From Microgenomates group bacterium Gr01-1014_5 (GTDB lineage Bacteria; Patescibacteriota; Microgenomatia; UBA8517; UBA10165): a stretch of DNA of 64,000 nucleotides. The translations under genes and the position numbers were made by a program. The stretch is taken from the NCBI GenBank assembly GCA_007376395.1, contig VMGE01000007.1, forward strand, positions 8,037-72,036. Reading direction: 5' to 3'. This document shows positions 17,179-27,546 of the stretch, one piece after another. A model generated the notes under the pieces. That model did no database searches, was not told the DNA's origin, and worked only from the letters and a program-made list of their open reading frames with translations. Each line of letters begins with the position of its first letter. Position 1 is the first letter of the stretch.

Positions 17179-18477
17179 TTAGTGTGGTTGGACTAAAAAT
17201 CCGGTAAGATCGCGCCTGCCAATGATTACTTTCTTTTTTAAATGGCCGCGGAAAGAGACGCCTGCGGCAGTACTTATCTTCTTCCCACCGAGCCAAAATG
17301 TCAAGCCAATAATTGGTCGCCTCTCCTCGCCCAAGGGATTTCTAACTTTTCTTGTCCCTAAAATATTAGACTCTTTTAACAATCCTAATTTTTCAGCAAG
17401 TGTCCAGTCGACAGATGTGCGCCAAGCGCCGCTATCCACTTTTGCCTGAACCTCAATTTTTTGTCCTTGATCGCCTAATATTTTTATCATTTCAAAAATA
17501 TTGACTGTTTTTCCTCCTTCTGCTTCAGCGCGGACGCGGGCGGCAAAGGAAGAGGCAAAAAGCGCTTTGGCAATTTGCACACCTTGCTGTGCGCTCTCCA
17601 CCCGCAAACCTTCAACCCGGTCAAGTCTGCGGCGCAGACCCGCAATGTTAGCAAGCTGAATTTCTAACCCGGGTTCGGCATTAACTTCAAGCACCATAGG
17701 TCCTTTTTCCGGGTGTAAAACAACATCTACGCCCAAATAACCTAAACCAATAGGTTCTGAGCACGTAGTGGCTATTTCCAATATCCTATTCCATTGCGGA
17801 ATTTTAATGCCATGTAATTTTCTTTTTGAACCAGGTTTAAAACGGATTAAGTTTCCGTGCCACACCGCGTGGGTTGTGACGCCCGTTGCAATATCTACCC
17901 CGACTCCAATGGCTCCTTGATGGATATTTGCACGCCCTCCTGACTCTCGTGTGGGAAGTCTTAACATCGCCATTATTGGCACTTTGTTATAAACAATGAC
18001 ACGGATATCAGGTGTTCCACGATATGCATACCTACGAAAAGCTTTATTCCGGCCGACAAATTCTTCAATAAAAGCATTGTCCGGTACGTTGCCGGCAGAA
18101 TATGCGCCTTCTAAAATATCCAAGCCGTGCAGTTTTAAATCCTCTATCCCCACCCTCGTTCTTTGCGTCGTAATCCACTCTACTTGTCCTGAAGAGCTAT
18201 GCCGCGCTTTTTTCCTTACTACCACTATTCCTTCTCCTCCTAAACCCTTACTGGGCTTAAAAGCAAAACGCTCGGGAAGTTTAGTCCAGTCAAAATTATA
18301 GATATCTTCCTGGGTTGTAAACTTGGCGTAGATTTCCGGAATGGGAATTTCTGCCTTCCGCAAAATTTTTTTAGTTAGCAGTTTTGAGCCAGCGATCTTT
18401 CTTCCGCGACGCGAATTTGAAGGATAAGAATAAAGCTGAAAACGAGCGTTAAGACCAAGGATTGAAGACAAGCGCAT
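17179..18477 (-). CDS. alpha-L-glutamate-ligase-like ATP-grasp fused to a retropepsin-like protease domain
   Basis: ILGLNAR, KPSKGLGGEGI, PDIRVIV, AMLRLPT, ANIHQG, LEVNA.PG; C-terminal AKVDSGA...IIGRRDL. Confidence 0.9.
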   Translation of the reverse strand: MRLSSILGLNARFQLYSYPSNSRRGRKIAGSKLLTKKILRKAEIPIPEIYAKFTTQEDIYNFDWTKLPERFAFKPSKGLGGEGIVVVRKKARHSSSGQVEWITTQRTRVGIEDLKLHGLDILEGAYSAGNVPDNAFIEEFVGRNKAFRRYAYRGTPDIRVIVYNKVPIMAMLRLPTRESGGRANIHQGAIGVGVDIATGVTTHAVWHGNLIRFKPGSKRKLHGIKIPQWNRILEIATTCSEPIGLGYLGVDVVLHPEKGPMVLEVNAEPGLEIQLANIAGLRRRLDRVEGLRVESAQQGVQIAKALFASSFAARVRAEAEGGKTVNIFEMIKILGDQGQKIEVQAKVDSGAWRTSVDWTLAEKLGLLKESNILGTRKVRNPLGEERRPIIGLTFWLGGKKISTAAGVSFRGHLKKKVIIGRRDLTGFLVQPH

Positions 18478-18486
18478 ATAGTTAAA

Positions 18487-19218
18487 TTAATTTCTAATTA
18501 GTTTTCTAAATCTCCAAATCTCCAAAAGCCTGAGGCCAGAGTATGTTCCCAAGAAAAGATCCAGACCAAGCACTATAAGCAGATATATTTCTGGGTTTAG
18601 GAGGGCAAATTCCTGCAAGGCGCTTAAACTTAAGAAAACAAAAGAAAATAAAGCTAATATTAAAGTTTCTACAGTTAAGGAAGCGGCAATCCGGATGCTT
18701 TTTCCCAATTGCGCGCGGGTAAAATCTTCTGCCAATAAAACCAAAATCAACACCGGAAAAATAGAAACTTCAGCCAACTCCCGTCTGCCAAAAAATTGCG
18801 GGCCGACAAAAAGAATTGCCAAAACCGCTAAAACAACAACGAGTAAAATAAGTGCCATACGGGGTAGATATTGCAGCTTTACACGCAGCCGGCGCAATAA
18901 CATCCGGGAGAAAGTTGAAACGGAAACTATCACTAAAAATAAACCGATTCCGACAACCGGACCGGTCGCAACAAAGACCGCTGACAGCGCCGCGGGTAAA
19001 AAGATTCCAAATCCGCGCAAGCCGATTAAATGGCGCGATGCGGCAATGACAGCCGCAACCAAGGGTAGTAGCAAAAGAAGAACGATATTATCAATCGGTA
19101 CGCCTTGTGTTAGTGCGTTGCGGATAGCGTAACCAATTGGATGCAGCCAGGCAGAACCCAGGTCTTGCTGTCTGACTAAGTCCAACAAAGTACTTGCTTC
19201 GAAATTTGTACTAAACAT
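18487..19218 (-). CDS. 7TM (transglutaminase-associated) membrane protein
   Basis: LLLLPLVA, RHLIGLRGFGIFLP, IFPVLIL, G.YSGLRLLE.WRF. Confidence 0.85.
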   Translation of the reverse strand: MFSTNFEASTLLDLVRQQDLGSAWLHPIGYAIRNALTQGVPIDNIVLLLLLPLVAAVIAASRHLIGLRGFGIFLPAALSAVFVATGPVVGIGLFLVIVSVSTFSRMLLRRLRVKLQYLPRMALILLVVVLAVLAILFVGPQFFGRRELAEVSIFPVLILVLLAEDFTRAQLGKSIRIAASLTVETLILALFSFVFLSLSALQEFALLNPEIYLLIVLGLDLFLGTYSGLRLLEIWRFRKLIRN

Positions 19219-19249
19219 TCCACAAGTATACCAGGCTCAGAGGCTTAAA

Positions 19250-19297
19250 TTCCAGATTGCCGGATAATCAGATTTCAGATTGCCAGATCGTCAGATT
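19250..19297. repeat. degenerate CAGAT heptamer/octamer array, 3' flank of four-helix-bundle gene
   Basis: TCCAGATTGCCGGATAATCAGATTTCAGATTGCCAGATCGTCAGATT. Confidence 0.8.
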
Positions 19298-19684
19298 ATC
19301 TCTTCTTAAAAGCGTACTCTTTCCAAGTTGTTCTTAAACGATTTAATTGCTTGGAAAGTTCTTTATACGACACAATCAAGTTTTCGCATTTATCTTTCGG
19401 TATACGAGGGAACCGTTTACAAAGAACTGTAACCTTCTTGAGATGAACGCAAGTCTCATCGCTTTCAACCATAGCTATTTCGTAATTCTGGCAGCATCTC
19501 GTGGATTTCTTTGCCTTGAAAAGCCTTCACTAATAAGCGGTGCGATTGCTTCTCCAGATTTTATTAGCTGAGTTCTTAAATTTAAATGTGGAACTAAATA
19601 TGCTATCTCATATAAGGGGTCTAGAAGGTCTATAGAAACTTTATAAACTCTCAGATCAGAAGCTCGTTTAATAGAAGTAGACAC
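19296..19684 (-). pseudogene. four-helix-bundle (IVS/bAvd-like) protein, frameshifted near 19485
   Basis: DLRVYK...LRTQL..S...I...ISEGF.R; continues in another frame as YEIAMVESDETCVHL...YKELSKQLNRLRTTW. Confidence 0.8.
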
Positions 19685-19690
19685 CAGTCT

Positions 19691-19746
19691 ATCTTATCAG
19701 ATCTGAGAGTCTGGTCATCTGATATCTGGTAATCCGACTGTCTGAA
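19691..19746. repeat. inverted ATCTG array, 5' flank of four-helix-bundle gene
   Basis: TCAGATCTGAGAGTCTGGTCATCTGATATCTGGTAATCCGACTGTCTG. Confidence 0.8.
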
Positions 19747-19748
19747 AC

Positions 19749-19964
19749 TTATTCTCCATCTGGCTGGATGCCAAGAAGCCAAAGTACTGCGGTTTTTTTG
19801 TAACGCCTGTCTCCACGCGAATTAATTCTAATCGGAGTTAGTTTTCCGCGCTTTCCCCAGCGCTTTATAGTTAAAGGAGAAACCCTCAAAATTTCGGCGA
19901 CTTCACGGACAGTGAGAAGGTCTGGGAGGTCATTTATTTTTAGTGCTTTTTTACCCTGAATCAT
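19749..19964 (-). CDS. MerR/excisionase-like HTH protein
   Basis: LLTVREVAEILRVSPLTIKRW...G.L...RINSRGDRRY. Confidence 0.9.
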   Translation of the reverse strand: MIQGKKALKINDLPDLLTVREVAEILRVSPLTIKRWGKRGKLTPIRINSRGDRRYKKTAVLWLLGIQPDGE

Positions 19965-20047
19965 GTGAGCAAGCCAGAAGAACTTACTGATACTGACTGT
20001 ATCAGACTACAACTTTTTGTCAAGCACCAATTTTCTCATTCATATGA

Positions 20048-20584
20048 TTAATTTATTTTGTATGTTCTGGCGTTTGGTTGCGGATTTGTTCCGCCTTTTC
20101 CAGAAACATACGCTTTACTCTCCGGATCAAACGAAATCTCGGTCTCTCCCTTCCTCAGCACTTGAAACTCAAGCCGTATTACTGACAACTCGGAATTCTC
20201 AGACTGTTCGACGGTTGGATTGGCGGTCAAAGAAAATCTTCCGGATTCTTGATTCCAGAGGACTCTCACCGGCTGGCTAAAAAACGGACCTTCTGTGGCT
20301 GAAACTAACTTCAGAGCTGTCGGATCATATTTCAAACGTATGTCTGCCGCGTTAACCTGACCCGCGTCGCGCCCGCGGAAATATACGCCAACCGACAAGG
20401 TCTTTCCTGCTTGGGCTTCCCCGTTGTCAGGCGTGAGAGCCAAGGCCACTTCGGGCAATCTATTTTGCCCGACCACTAAAAAGAGGGTAACGCAAAAAAT
20501 TAACACAGAAACAGAAAGAATCGCGATACTCCAGACATGATAAAAGGTATAACGCATAACTTCCCTATTTAAATATATACGCAA
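20048..20584 (-). CDS. membrane-anchored cohesin-domain protein
   Basis: TM, then VNAADIRLKYDPTALKLVS...LEFQVLRKGETEISF. Confidence 0.75.
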   Translation of the reverse strand: MRIYLNREVMRYTFYHVWSIAILSVSVLIFCVTLFLVVGQNRLPEVALALTPDNGEAQAGKTLSVGVYFRGRDAGQVNAADIRLKYDPTALKLVSATEGPFFSQPVRVLWNQESGRFSLTANPTVEQSENSELSVIRLEFQVLRKGETEISFDPESKAYVSGKGGTNPQPNARTYKIN

Positions 20585-20604
20585 ACGCGATTAAATTCCA
20601 ATGC

Positions 20605-22044
20605 TCAACATCCATTGCGGCAAAGGTAATATCCAACGAATAAATTGTAATCAAAAATATCAACATCGTTATCTTTGTCTATATCGGCAGGGGTGACGCC
20701 AGATGGCTTCCGTTTACCAAAATGCGAAACGAGAACATTATAGTCAAAGATATCTAAATCACCATCAGCGTCCAAATCACCAGAGATAGAAACCGGCCAA
20801 GGTGTAGGTTGGGGCGAGGTAACAGGCGTAGGGCTTGGGGACGGGTTTGTTACAGGGGGTGGTTTTTTTGTCGGACTTGGCGAAGCTGTTGGTTGGGAAG
20901 TTAAGAAAAAACTTTTATTAGAACCCATAACCGCGTCAAAATCTCCATGCACGTCCCACCAATTCCTTAACTTTCTACCCTGATAATATTTCGTGTTTTG
21001 CCTACCCGGCATATTTTGCAGAACCCAAATTTGCGCGTTTAAGTGCGCATTATCGGCGTCTCCTGTCCCATCACAACCCCAGTTAGCACAACTAATTTGG
21101 CTCAACTGCCCAAGCCCGTCCGGATCCCAGTCCAAACAGTCAGACGTGTTTGGAGTTTTGTTGTCACGGTCGTATTCACTCCGTGCGTTGGGCGGATTGT
21201 GCACCGACCCGCACCTGCCCGGCACTTCCTGAGTTAAAGGATAATATGGCCCTTGAAATTTACCTCTAAACAAATCCCGGTCAATTTCGTCCATTTCCGC
21301 TTCCAGCTGGTGCCCCCAGGACTCTATCGCCTCAGCAGTTCCCCTACCATAATTAAGGGTATACACACGGTAGGTTTTGCTGCAAACAGGCATATCGTTA
21401 AAACGCCAGCTGTTGCTTATATCCCCGAACGGGCCAGACATCTTTGATTCGTTTATTCCTAAATAAGGCTGGCCGGTCTCCGGTATGTTTGGACCCTGAT
21501 ATGCCCAGAGCCATACCTCACGGACATTTTTATTGTCGACATAATCACAAATATTATTGTCAGACATAATCTTATTATAATCGGGGTAAGTAACTCTTTC
21601 TCCTCTGGTTTTTATGGGAACTTTTTGGGTATATTCTTTAGTGTCTACAATCGTATAGCGCAAAGAGGAGGGAGCAGAGGGATTTTTGTACCCCAGGTAA
21701 CGGGTAGATTTTTCCAAAGAATCTTTTAGATTGCGGGTTATGTCAATGGTTTTTTGACGGATAATGTCATAGGGTTCTCCAACGTCGCCCGTCACTAATA
21801 TATCGATACTCAACCCGTTTGAAGTCAGAGGGAAATATTTAACGACTAAAACTCCCAAGTCATAGGAAGTGTCTGTTGGATCAATATCTGAGGCTTCAGG
21901 AATTACATTTTGCTCACTTTTAAGAAGAGTTAGTGAGGCAAACACCCCGACAATTAATAAGGCAACTGCCGTTAAACCAAAAAGATTGTAGGGAAGTTTA
22001 GGTATTTTCAACATTTCAGGGTGTAGATATATTATAGTATACAT
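20605..22044 (-). CDS. membrane-anchored dockerin-domain protein with peptidase-like domain
   Basis: TM, ESWGHQLE, PT linker, GDLDADGDLDIFDY and ADIDKDNDVDIFDY. Confidence 0.8.
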   Translation of the reverse strand: MYTIIYLHPEMLKIPKLPYNLFGLTAVALLIVGVFASLTLLKSEQNVIPEASDIDPTDTSYDLGVLVVKYFPLTSNGLSIDILVTGDVGEPYDIIRQKTIDITRNLKDSLEKSTRYLGYKNPSAPSSLRYTIVDTKEYTQKVPIKTRGERVTYPDYNKIMSDNNICDYVDNKNVREVWLWAYQGPNIPETGQPYLGINESKMSGPFGDISNSWRFNDMPVCSKTYRVYTLNYGRGTAEAIESWGHQLEAEMDEIDRDLFRGKFQGPYYPLTQEVPGRCGSVHNPPNARSEYDRDNKTPNTSDCLDWDPDGLGQLSQISCANWGCDGTGDADNAHLNAQIWVLQNMPGRQNTKYYQGRKLRNWWDVHGDFDAVMGSNKSFFLTSQPTASPSPTKKPPPVTNPSPSPTPVTSPQPTPWPVSISGDLDADGDLDIFDYNVLVSHFGKRKPSGVTPADIDKDNDVDIFDYNLFVGYYLCRNGC

Positions 22045-23646
22045 ATGCCCTCTTTAAGCGAATTAGCAACGAGGCGCAAGATATTAAAATATATAGGCAT
22101 TACGGCGGCGGTCGCTGCAATTCCCGCGGCCTTTGTACTTGGTCGGTCATCAGCTCCTCCCCCAGCTCCAGAAACTCCCAAACCTCTACCCGAAACACCA
22201 AAACCAGCGGAATCCACGCCGCCAGATGCAGTTTCTCAACCCAAACCAACTGCTAGACCAACAGCCTTCATCCCAGAACTCGCCATACCAACTCGTCCAC
22301 TTCCACCAACCCCGAAACCAACAGAAAAACCGCGCCCCACCGAACTTCCAAGCGGGAAAATTTGGGAAGTACCGCTGAGAGAAAACTTACGTCCTGATGG
22401 CGCTTTTACTATAGTTCAGAACAGATTATTTGCCGTAAATCCTGCAGGTACGCCGGTTGAATTAAATTTAAATACTGGGAAACCTGAATGGGAATGGGAA
22501 CGGAGAGGTATCATCTGCGGTAGAGGAAACGGCCTTGTCTATTTCCTAAACCTCGAATCGTTTAGAGTATATGCCGTAAATGCAGACACCAAGCAAGAAA
22601 AATGGAAGTATGCTCTCCCCAACACGCTTTTTGGCGGCAGTGCGCCAGGAGAAACTTCTGCTGCTATGGTTGGTTTGCACTTTTGGACAGCGGGTGAGTA
22701 TATTGCCTTTGAATCCACCGAAGGAATTGCAGTCGTCAATAATAGCGGAGAAACGAAGGTAATCACAAACAGGGGAGGGAAATTTTTACTTTTAACCGAA
22801 AACAAACTACTCTACAACAAGTGGGCAAACTACCAAAGTAGAATTATACGAGCAGAAAAACCAGTCGGAGACGACCTGGAAACCTGGGAAATTGAAAACG
22901 GTCCACAAGTTTCTGACCGAGAGATTGTTATCCACCAAGAAATAAACAGAAACTCCTTCTACGGAGCGTCCCAAATCTATGCCAGAGAGACAAAAACGGG
23001 TAAAATTGTCTGGAATCAAGAATTCCTTTCAAGTACGGTTCCTGTGTTCCTTTCGTCAGAAATTGTAATCTTAGAAGATCCAGATTGGAAGTCAAACCAG
23101 CAACTCTTCTATTATCTTTACTCTCGCAAAGACTGGAAAAAAATTGACGAGCTTCCCAAACAACCAGCAACACCTCTTAAATTTTTTTCTAAAGACAATT
23201 GGACTTTTGCTTCTCATCCGAGAAACGGGACAATGGCATTTTTAGACGGTAAATATGTTTGGCAGAACGAAGATACTCTTTCAGCGACGCATTGTCTGGG
23301 AGAAATAAACGGTACGCTAATACTCGCCCGAGAGAATATCCGTGGACAATCTTCAAACCCCGAGGGCGCAGTTTGGTGTGTAGATATTAAGACCGGGAAA
23401 AAATTTGCCTGGCCACCTGTTTATTTTGACCCTTTTATGACTGACCCTCTGCGCCTTGGCGACAAACTTATTGTCTCACATGGGGTAGGAGGCAAAAGGT
23501 TCGAGCTAGATGTACTTAACTTAATTACTGGTAAAAAAAGCAACCTTCTGTCTCCCAATCTTTCTGTTCAACGACTCTTAAACTCAGGCGTCGACAACAT
23601 CATTGTAGGGCTATATTCTTCTAAATTAGTTGCTTTGAGAGTTTAA
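22045..23646 (+). CDS. PQQ-like beta-propeller protein
   Basis: TRRKILK leader, Pro-rich linker, repeated TGK..W blades. Confidence 0.75.
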   Translation: MPSLSELATRRKILKYIGITAAVAAIPAAFVLGRSSAPPPAPETPKPLPETPKPAESTPPDAVSQPKPTARPTAFIPELAIPTRPLPPTPKPTEKPRPTELPSGKIWEVPLRENLRPDGAFTIVQNRLFAVNPAGTPVELNLNTGKPEWEWERRGIICGRGNGLVYFLNLESFRVYAVNADTKQEKWKYALPNTLFGGSAPGETSAAMVGLHFWTAGEYIAFESTEGIAVVNNSGETKVITNRGGKFLLLTENKLLYNKWANYQSRIIRAEKPVGDDLETWEIENGPQVSDREIVIHQEINRNSFYGASQIYARETKTGKIVWNQEFLSSTVPVFLSSEIVILEDPDWKSNQQLFYYLYSRKDWKKIDELPKQPATPLKFFSKDNWTFASHPRNGTMAFLDGKYVWQNEDTLSATHCLGEINGTLILARENIRGQSSNPEGAVWCVDIKTGKKFAWPPVYFDPFMTDPLRLGDKLIVSHGVGGKRFELDVLNLITGKKSNLLSPNLSVQRLLNSGVDNIIVGLYSSKLVALRV

Positions 23647-23695
23647 ATAATTATGGAAAAAGATAGTAGAAATGAAAAATATTTAAGTAAATAAA

Positions 23696-23983
23696 ATGAC
23701 AGATTCAACTTTTGACAAAATAATGAAAAGTTTATGCCTTGTGTTGCTCAGTTGGATCTTGGGACTTCCAATTTTTTTGATTTTTCTTGAAATTGATAAT
23801 ATGGCGCCAATCGGAATATTGGGAATAGTAATTATTTTTATTTTTGTTGGCCGAGTCGGGTATTACTGGATCAACGATTCTAAAAAGGGAAAAATCTTTT
23901 ATGCAGTTTTACCTGCAATACTTAGCTTCTTATTGCTTCTGGTCTTCTTTATCATCACTCTTGGAGGATGGACTGTCGGGTAG
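23696..23983 (+). CDS. small three-TM protein
   Basis: Three hydrophobic segments. Confidence 0.6.
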   Translation: MTDSTFDKIMKSLCLVLLSWILGLPIFLIFLEIDNMAPIGILGIVIIFIFVGRVGYYWINDSKKGKIFYAVLPAILSFLLLLVFFIITLGGWTVG

Positions 23984-26363
23984 CTCTAAGTTCGTCCAAC
24001 TGCCTACCAATTACTGCTCTCAAAATTGCTCGTCCAATTTCTGATTTAAAGAAGCGGTCATGTCCAAACCCCTCTATTGCTCCCAAAAATCTCCCAATAT
24101 TTATTGCCCCCGGAATTTCCTGACTAAGCATATCTTCTAATCTTGACGGGTTTGTTAAAAAGAGAATTTCGACCAGCTCTTCTGGCATTAAACAAATGTT
24201 TAATGAAATTACACAGTCTTGGTAATTTATCAAAGCATAAACTCCAATCCCCTGTGCTTTCATCCAGGAAACAATCTCGTTAATTTCCTGTTTCCTTGCT
24301 ACTCGATTTTTACCGTAATTAATTAAGTTTTTACCTGCATCAAAATTCAGAAGTGAGGGTTGGGGCATACTGTCCCAGATAATTTTACATGCGTCCGAGC
24401 TCGCATCCCGAAACACGCGATTATAAATATCAATAACACTTTCCCCAACACCTTGAGCCGGCGCGTCAACAAAGATAAACTTTATTCCTTGTAAATTAAT
24501 ATTTAACTTTTTATCTCTTATCTTTTGCATCGCCGTAAGCCAAGGTATTGCACCTTCTGAGTGTGTGACAACTACTATTTCCCTATCTGAGTCTGCCTCG
24601 CGTAGGGCGATGATCGACTCTACAAATCTATCAGCTCTCCATTCAGGGGAAGACAAACTGTCATCACAGCTAGAAGTTCTAGAAAGCCACCTCCCTGTTT
24701 TTTCGTCCCAATAAATTCCCCTAGGACTAAAACGCATAAAGTCGGTTCTCTCAAAACCGTCTTCTTGTATTAGTTCCGTTTGTAGCTCGTCTGTCAGGCC
24801 GCTTGTTTCCAAACTTACGCCCTCCCCAACAATTTCAGTTGTCAGCCCCGGAGAAAAACCAACTAGTTTTCTTTTAGGGACAAAAACTTTTGGCTGGACT
24901 GTAAGTTCATAAATGGCAAAATCTCTTTCAAAAAGGCGGTGGGTTGGTATGTGCTCTTTGGGCTGTTGGGCAATTACTGTAGCAAAACCACCGTCTGAAA
25001 TAGAGGTAATAATCCAATTTCCGTCCGGAGTAATCGAAACTCCTCGCCAGGTATTAATTAACAAACTTTCAACTTTACCTGAGGAAACCTCGGTCCTAAA
25101 TAATAGAGGGTAAGCTTCATCTTCTGCGCCCGAAGTGTAAAGCCATCTTCCGTCAGGCGACCAAAACAAAGGCCCTCCGTGAATTAACCTTGGTAATTTC
25201 TCAGGATTGAAATTTTTCAGTTGGTCACGAGGATAAATTACAGTACCTGAAGGCCCGTGTCGACCAGAAATATATGTTCCAATAGCGATTTGTTTTCCGT
25301 CAGGACTTGGTGTAGGGCAACTTTCGGCACTACTAACCTTGTCTGACGTTATTTGCTCAACTCTTTTGGTTCTTAAGTCGACTGAATAAACATTTTCGAA
25401 AGATTCTACAAAATTCTTACCTGCTTCTATTCGGTGAAATTTTACAGTGTTATCAACATCGGACGAGGGACAAAGATCCAAGCCCTGATCTCCCCCGAGA
25501 CTGGTTAAATATTCTTCTTTCCCTGTATGTATATTTAGCTTGACGATACCTCTTTTGGAATCTTTAACACTCTTCGACTTAGGTCCTAAATCAGCATAAA
25601 CTACTTCTTCGTTATTTATAAACTTTACATCCTGCTTTGACCTATCATCATTCGTTAATCGTTTTTCCTCTGAGCCGTCTAAGTTGGCAACATAGATATC
25701 TCCCTGCTCGCCCTTTGCACCGATATAAACAACTTTTGTCTTTGCAAATGATGTCGGGTATTCAGATTCTGTGAAGTAATTTTTACATGGCTTCAGCCCG
25801 GCGAGAGTTTGCGGCAAATCCTTTTTAGGGATTTCTTCTACTCTTGTAGGCATAAACGCTATAAATCGAGGATTAAAGTGGAAAATTACACCTGAATATC
25901 CACTGAGTTCAGAAAACCCAAGCGCGGATAAATTTTTAAAAACAACTCTTAACTCCATCCCTAATGTATAGCCCACACATTCCGGTGCCGTTTTAGAAAA
26001 CGAAGTCTTTAAAAGTTCAATCATTTGACTTTCGTTTTTGAATGGGCTTGAGGAGACTCCTTGTACTTTCCAATGAAATCTGGCGTCGATCCCTTGTATG
26101 CCTATACGCCTAGCAATTTCTGCTATATCCCTACCTTCGATGATTTTTTGATATTTAGCAGCGGCCCTTGCTGCGGCGGGAGATAAATCGTTTAATACTT
26201 GCTCTCGCGCAAGATATAGCTCCGTAGCGGATGCAGTTTGTAAATTTCGGCCAAAATTTCTGGGGCTCTCAAATGCCCCAGGATGTCCGGCAAGAAGAAC
26301 ACCCGCAGTAACACCTCGGACAACATTAGAAACTCGTCTCCAATGCTCGGCAGTTAAAGACAT
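23955..26363 (-). CDS. TolB-like propeller plus alpha/beta-hydrolase-like domain
   Basis: IYVANLDGSEEKRLT, SPDGK, WSPDG; C-terminal THSEG, D and GH candidates for a catalytic triad. Confidence 0.75.
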   Translation of the reverse strand: MSLTAEHWRRVSNVVRGVTAGVLLAGHPGAFESPRNFGRNLQTASATELYLAREQVLNDLSPAAARAAAKYQKIIEGRDIAEIARRIGIQGIDARFHWKVQGVSSSPFKNESQMIELLKTSFSKTAPECVGYTLGMELRVVFKNLSALGFSELSGYSGVIFHFNPRFIAFMPTRVEEIPKKDLPQTLAGLKPCKNYFTESEYPTSFAKTKVVYIGAKGEQGDIYVANLDGSEEKRLTNDDRSKQDVKFINNEEVVYADLGPKSKSVKDSKRGIVKLNIHTGKEEYLTSLGGDQGLDLCPSSDVDNTVKFHRIEAGKNFVESFENVYSVDLRTKRVEQITSDKVSSAESCPTPSPDGKQIAIGTYISGRHGPSGTVIYPRDQLKNFNPEKLPRLIHGGPLFWSPDGRWLYTSGAEDEAYPLLFRTEVSSGKVESLLINTWRGVSITPDGNWIITSISDGGFATVIAQQPKEHIPTHRLFERDFAIYELTVQPKVFVPKRKLVGFSPGLTTEIVGEGVSLETSGLTDELQTELIQEDGFERTDFMRFSPRGIYWDEKTGRWLSRTSSCDDSLSSPEWRADRFVESIIALREADSDREIVVVTHSEGAIPWLTAMQKIRDKKLNINLQGIKFIFVDAPAQGVGESVIDIYNRVFRDASSDACKIIWDSMPQPSLLNFDAGKNLINYGKNRVARKQEINEIVSWMKAQGIGVYALINYQDCVISLNICLMPEELVEILFLTNPSRLEDMLSQEIPGAINIGRFLGAIEGFGHDRFFKSEIGRAILRAVIGRQLDELRATRQSILQE

Positions 26364-26724
26364 TATTTACCTACTCTACCTTGTCAAATTTTTCTCAAAA
26401 TATCAAGTGCTTATTTTCCAGCTTCGCAAGTGCCTTACAACACGTAAGGAAATAAACTAAAAAACCAGAATTGAATTGGTCATATGTAGTTTTAAGTCCG
26501 GTAAAAATAAGATTATTTAACGCACCAATATCTTCTAAATGAGTTGTCTTTTATAATTCAAATTCATATCTATTAAAATGATTTTATATGCCTGTATAAA
26601 GCATTAAACGCCACCTGTTGCATGAATGGATATAAAATTTACTCGGGGGGAGTAAAATTGAACAAGCGGGTAAAAAATACAAAATAAGAAGTCAAACTGA
26701 TAATTAAGAATTAATGAAATTTGC

Positions 26725-27546
26725 CTATCGGTTGTTAAATTTCCAAAAAAGTACTTGGCACGGAAAAACGACAACTGCGGTCAAAATCCTGCCCAGTCTG
26801 GCTGGTTGAGTAATTAATCTCCAGAGCCACTCAAAACCGAGTTCGCTAAAAGCCCTGGGAGGCAGGGGTAAAATTCCGGCAGTATAGTCAATCATCCCTC
26901 CAACAACCATTGCCGCTGAAACATTGATTTTTCCAAGGTGTCGCGCTAACCATTTTTCTTGTTTTGGAGCGCCGAAGCCAACTAACAGCAAATCTGGCTT
27001 AAAATCATTAATACTTCTAACAACTTCTTTTTCAATTTGCTCCTGAACCTCGTCGACCGGTTTACCGTCCATACTTAGTCGAGGACCTTCTATTCCCATA
27101 ATTCGTAATTCATGATTCATGCTTCTGTTTTTAAGATTTTTAACCGCAAGTTCAGCCGCCCCTGGCGCCCCACCCAAGAGAAATACCTTTTTATTGTGTT
27201 TTGAGCACAATTTAACTAATTCCTCGGCGAATAGACGACCAGGGATGCGAACCATCATGCTATTAGGGTGCAAAACCCAGGCTGCAGCCACGATCCCTAT
27301 TCCGTCAGGCACGGCCAAGTCGGCACTATTAAGGATATATGCCAGCTCATGGTCAGATTGTGCCCTTGACACAATCTCTGGGTTTGGTGTTACAATTAGG
27401 CTCGGCACAGCCTCGCGTTCGGTAGAAATAAGACTCCAGGCACGATTTAGCACTTCCCCTCTCAGACCGCTATCTATGCCTATACCCAAAACCGGAACGA
27501 TATTTCGAGCAGTATTGCTTATAGAGTTTTTGTTTATTTTTGTCAT
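26725..27546 (-). CDS. WecB/TagA/CpsF glycosyltransferase
   Basis: VTPNPE, PDGIG, LLGG, GFGAPKQEKW, GFEWLWRL. Confidence 0.93.
   Translation of the reverse strand: MTKINKNSISNTARNIVPVLGIGIDSGLRGEVLNRAWSLISTEREAVPSLIVTPNPEIVSRAQSDHELAYILNSADLAVPDGIGIVAAAWVLHPNSMMVRIPGRLFAEELVKLCSKHNKKVFLLGGAPGAAELAVKNLKNRSMNHELRIMGIEGPRLSMDGKPVDEVQEQIEKEVVRSINDFKPDLLLVGFGAPKQEKWLARHLGKINVSAAMVVGGMIDYTAGILPLPPRAFSELGFEWLWRLITQPARLGRILTAVVVFPCQVLFWKFNNR

Noticed and set aside
26400-26720. AT-rich gap as a possible gene remnant
   Set aside because: No continuous frame or recognisable motif found
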